From NCBI RefSeq assembly GCF_009914755.1, contig NC_060933.1: 64,000 nt of DNA; one strand, given 5' to 3'. Position numbers and translations under genes: made by a program. Positions 63,874 through 64,000 of the stretch are shown piece after piece. Below the pieces are notes generated by a model. It had not been told where the DNA came from. It did not search any database and saw nothing but the letters and a program-made list of their open reading frames with translations. The number at the start of each line of letters is the position of its first letter. Position 1 is the first letter of the stretch. The stretch comes from the human T2T-CHM13v2.0 reference genome, Homo sapiens.

Positions 63874-64000
63874 TGTATTAGTTCGTTCTCACACTGCTAT
63901 AAAGACATACCCGAGACTGATTAATTTATAAAGAAAAGAGGTTTAATTGACTTATAGTTATGCATGGCTGGGGAGGCCTCAGGAAACTTACAGTCATGGC
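63874..64000 (-). mobile_element. MSTA/THE1-type MaLR LTR, runs off the window, inserted in Tigger2
   Basis: tgtattagttcgttctcacactgctataaagacatacccgagactg...ggaggcctcaggaaacttaca. Confidence 0.85.

Overview
Repeat-saturated, apparently non-coding primate (human-like) genomic DNA. I found no credible cellular protein-coding exon, RNA gene or CRISPR array. Nearly all listed ORFs come from Alu, L1, ERV or microsatellite sequence. Main contents: (1) an essentially full-length but dead L1MA-type LINE-1 (~1970-10270, +) inserted into an older antisense L1M; (2) a complete internally deleted HERV-H provirus (54176-60190, +) with two LTR7s, CTTCC target-site duplication (TSD), tRNA-His primer-binding site and degenerate gag/pro/pol; (3) a second, solo LTR7-family LTR 2.2 kb upstream in the opposite orientation, nested inside two Alus; (4) solo LTRs (LTR8, MLT2A1, MER61-like, MER4-like, MLT1, MSTA/THE1); (5) DNA-transposon fossils (MER82, Tigger4, Tigger2, MER5, MER63, Zaphod-like); (6) about 40 Alu/FAM elements, MIR and L2; (7) microsatellites and a 159-bp tandem duplication. 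I cannot support a new biological system. The best leads are regulatory and evolutionary: an LTR7up-like HERV-H with an ESRG-like ORF and asymmetric LTRs, a back-to-back LTR7 promoter pair, an anomalous AluY, repeated same-site Alu insertions and two CpG-retaining candidate enhancers. Family names are from remembered consensus sequences, not a database search, and boundaries of old repeats are approximate.
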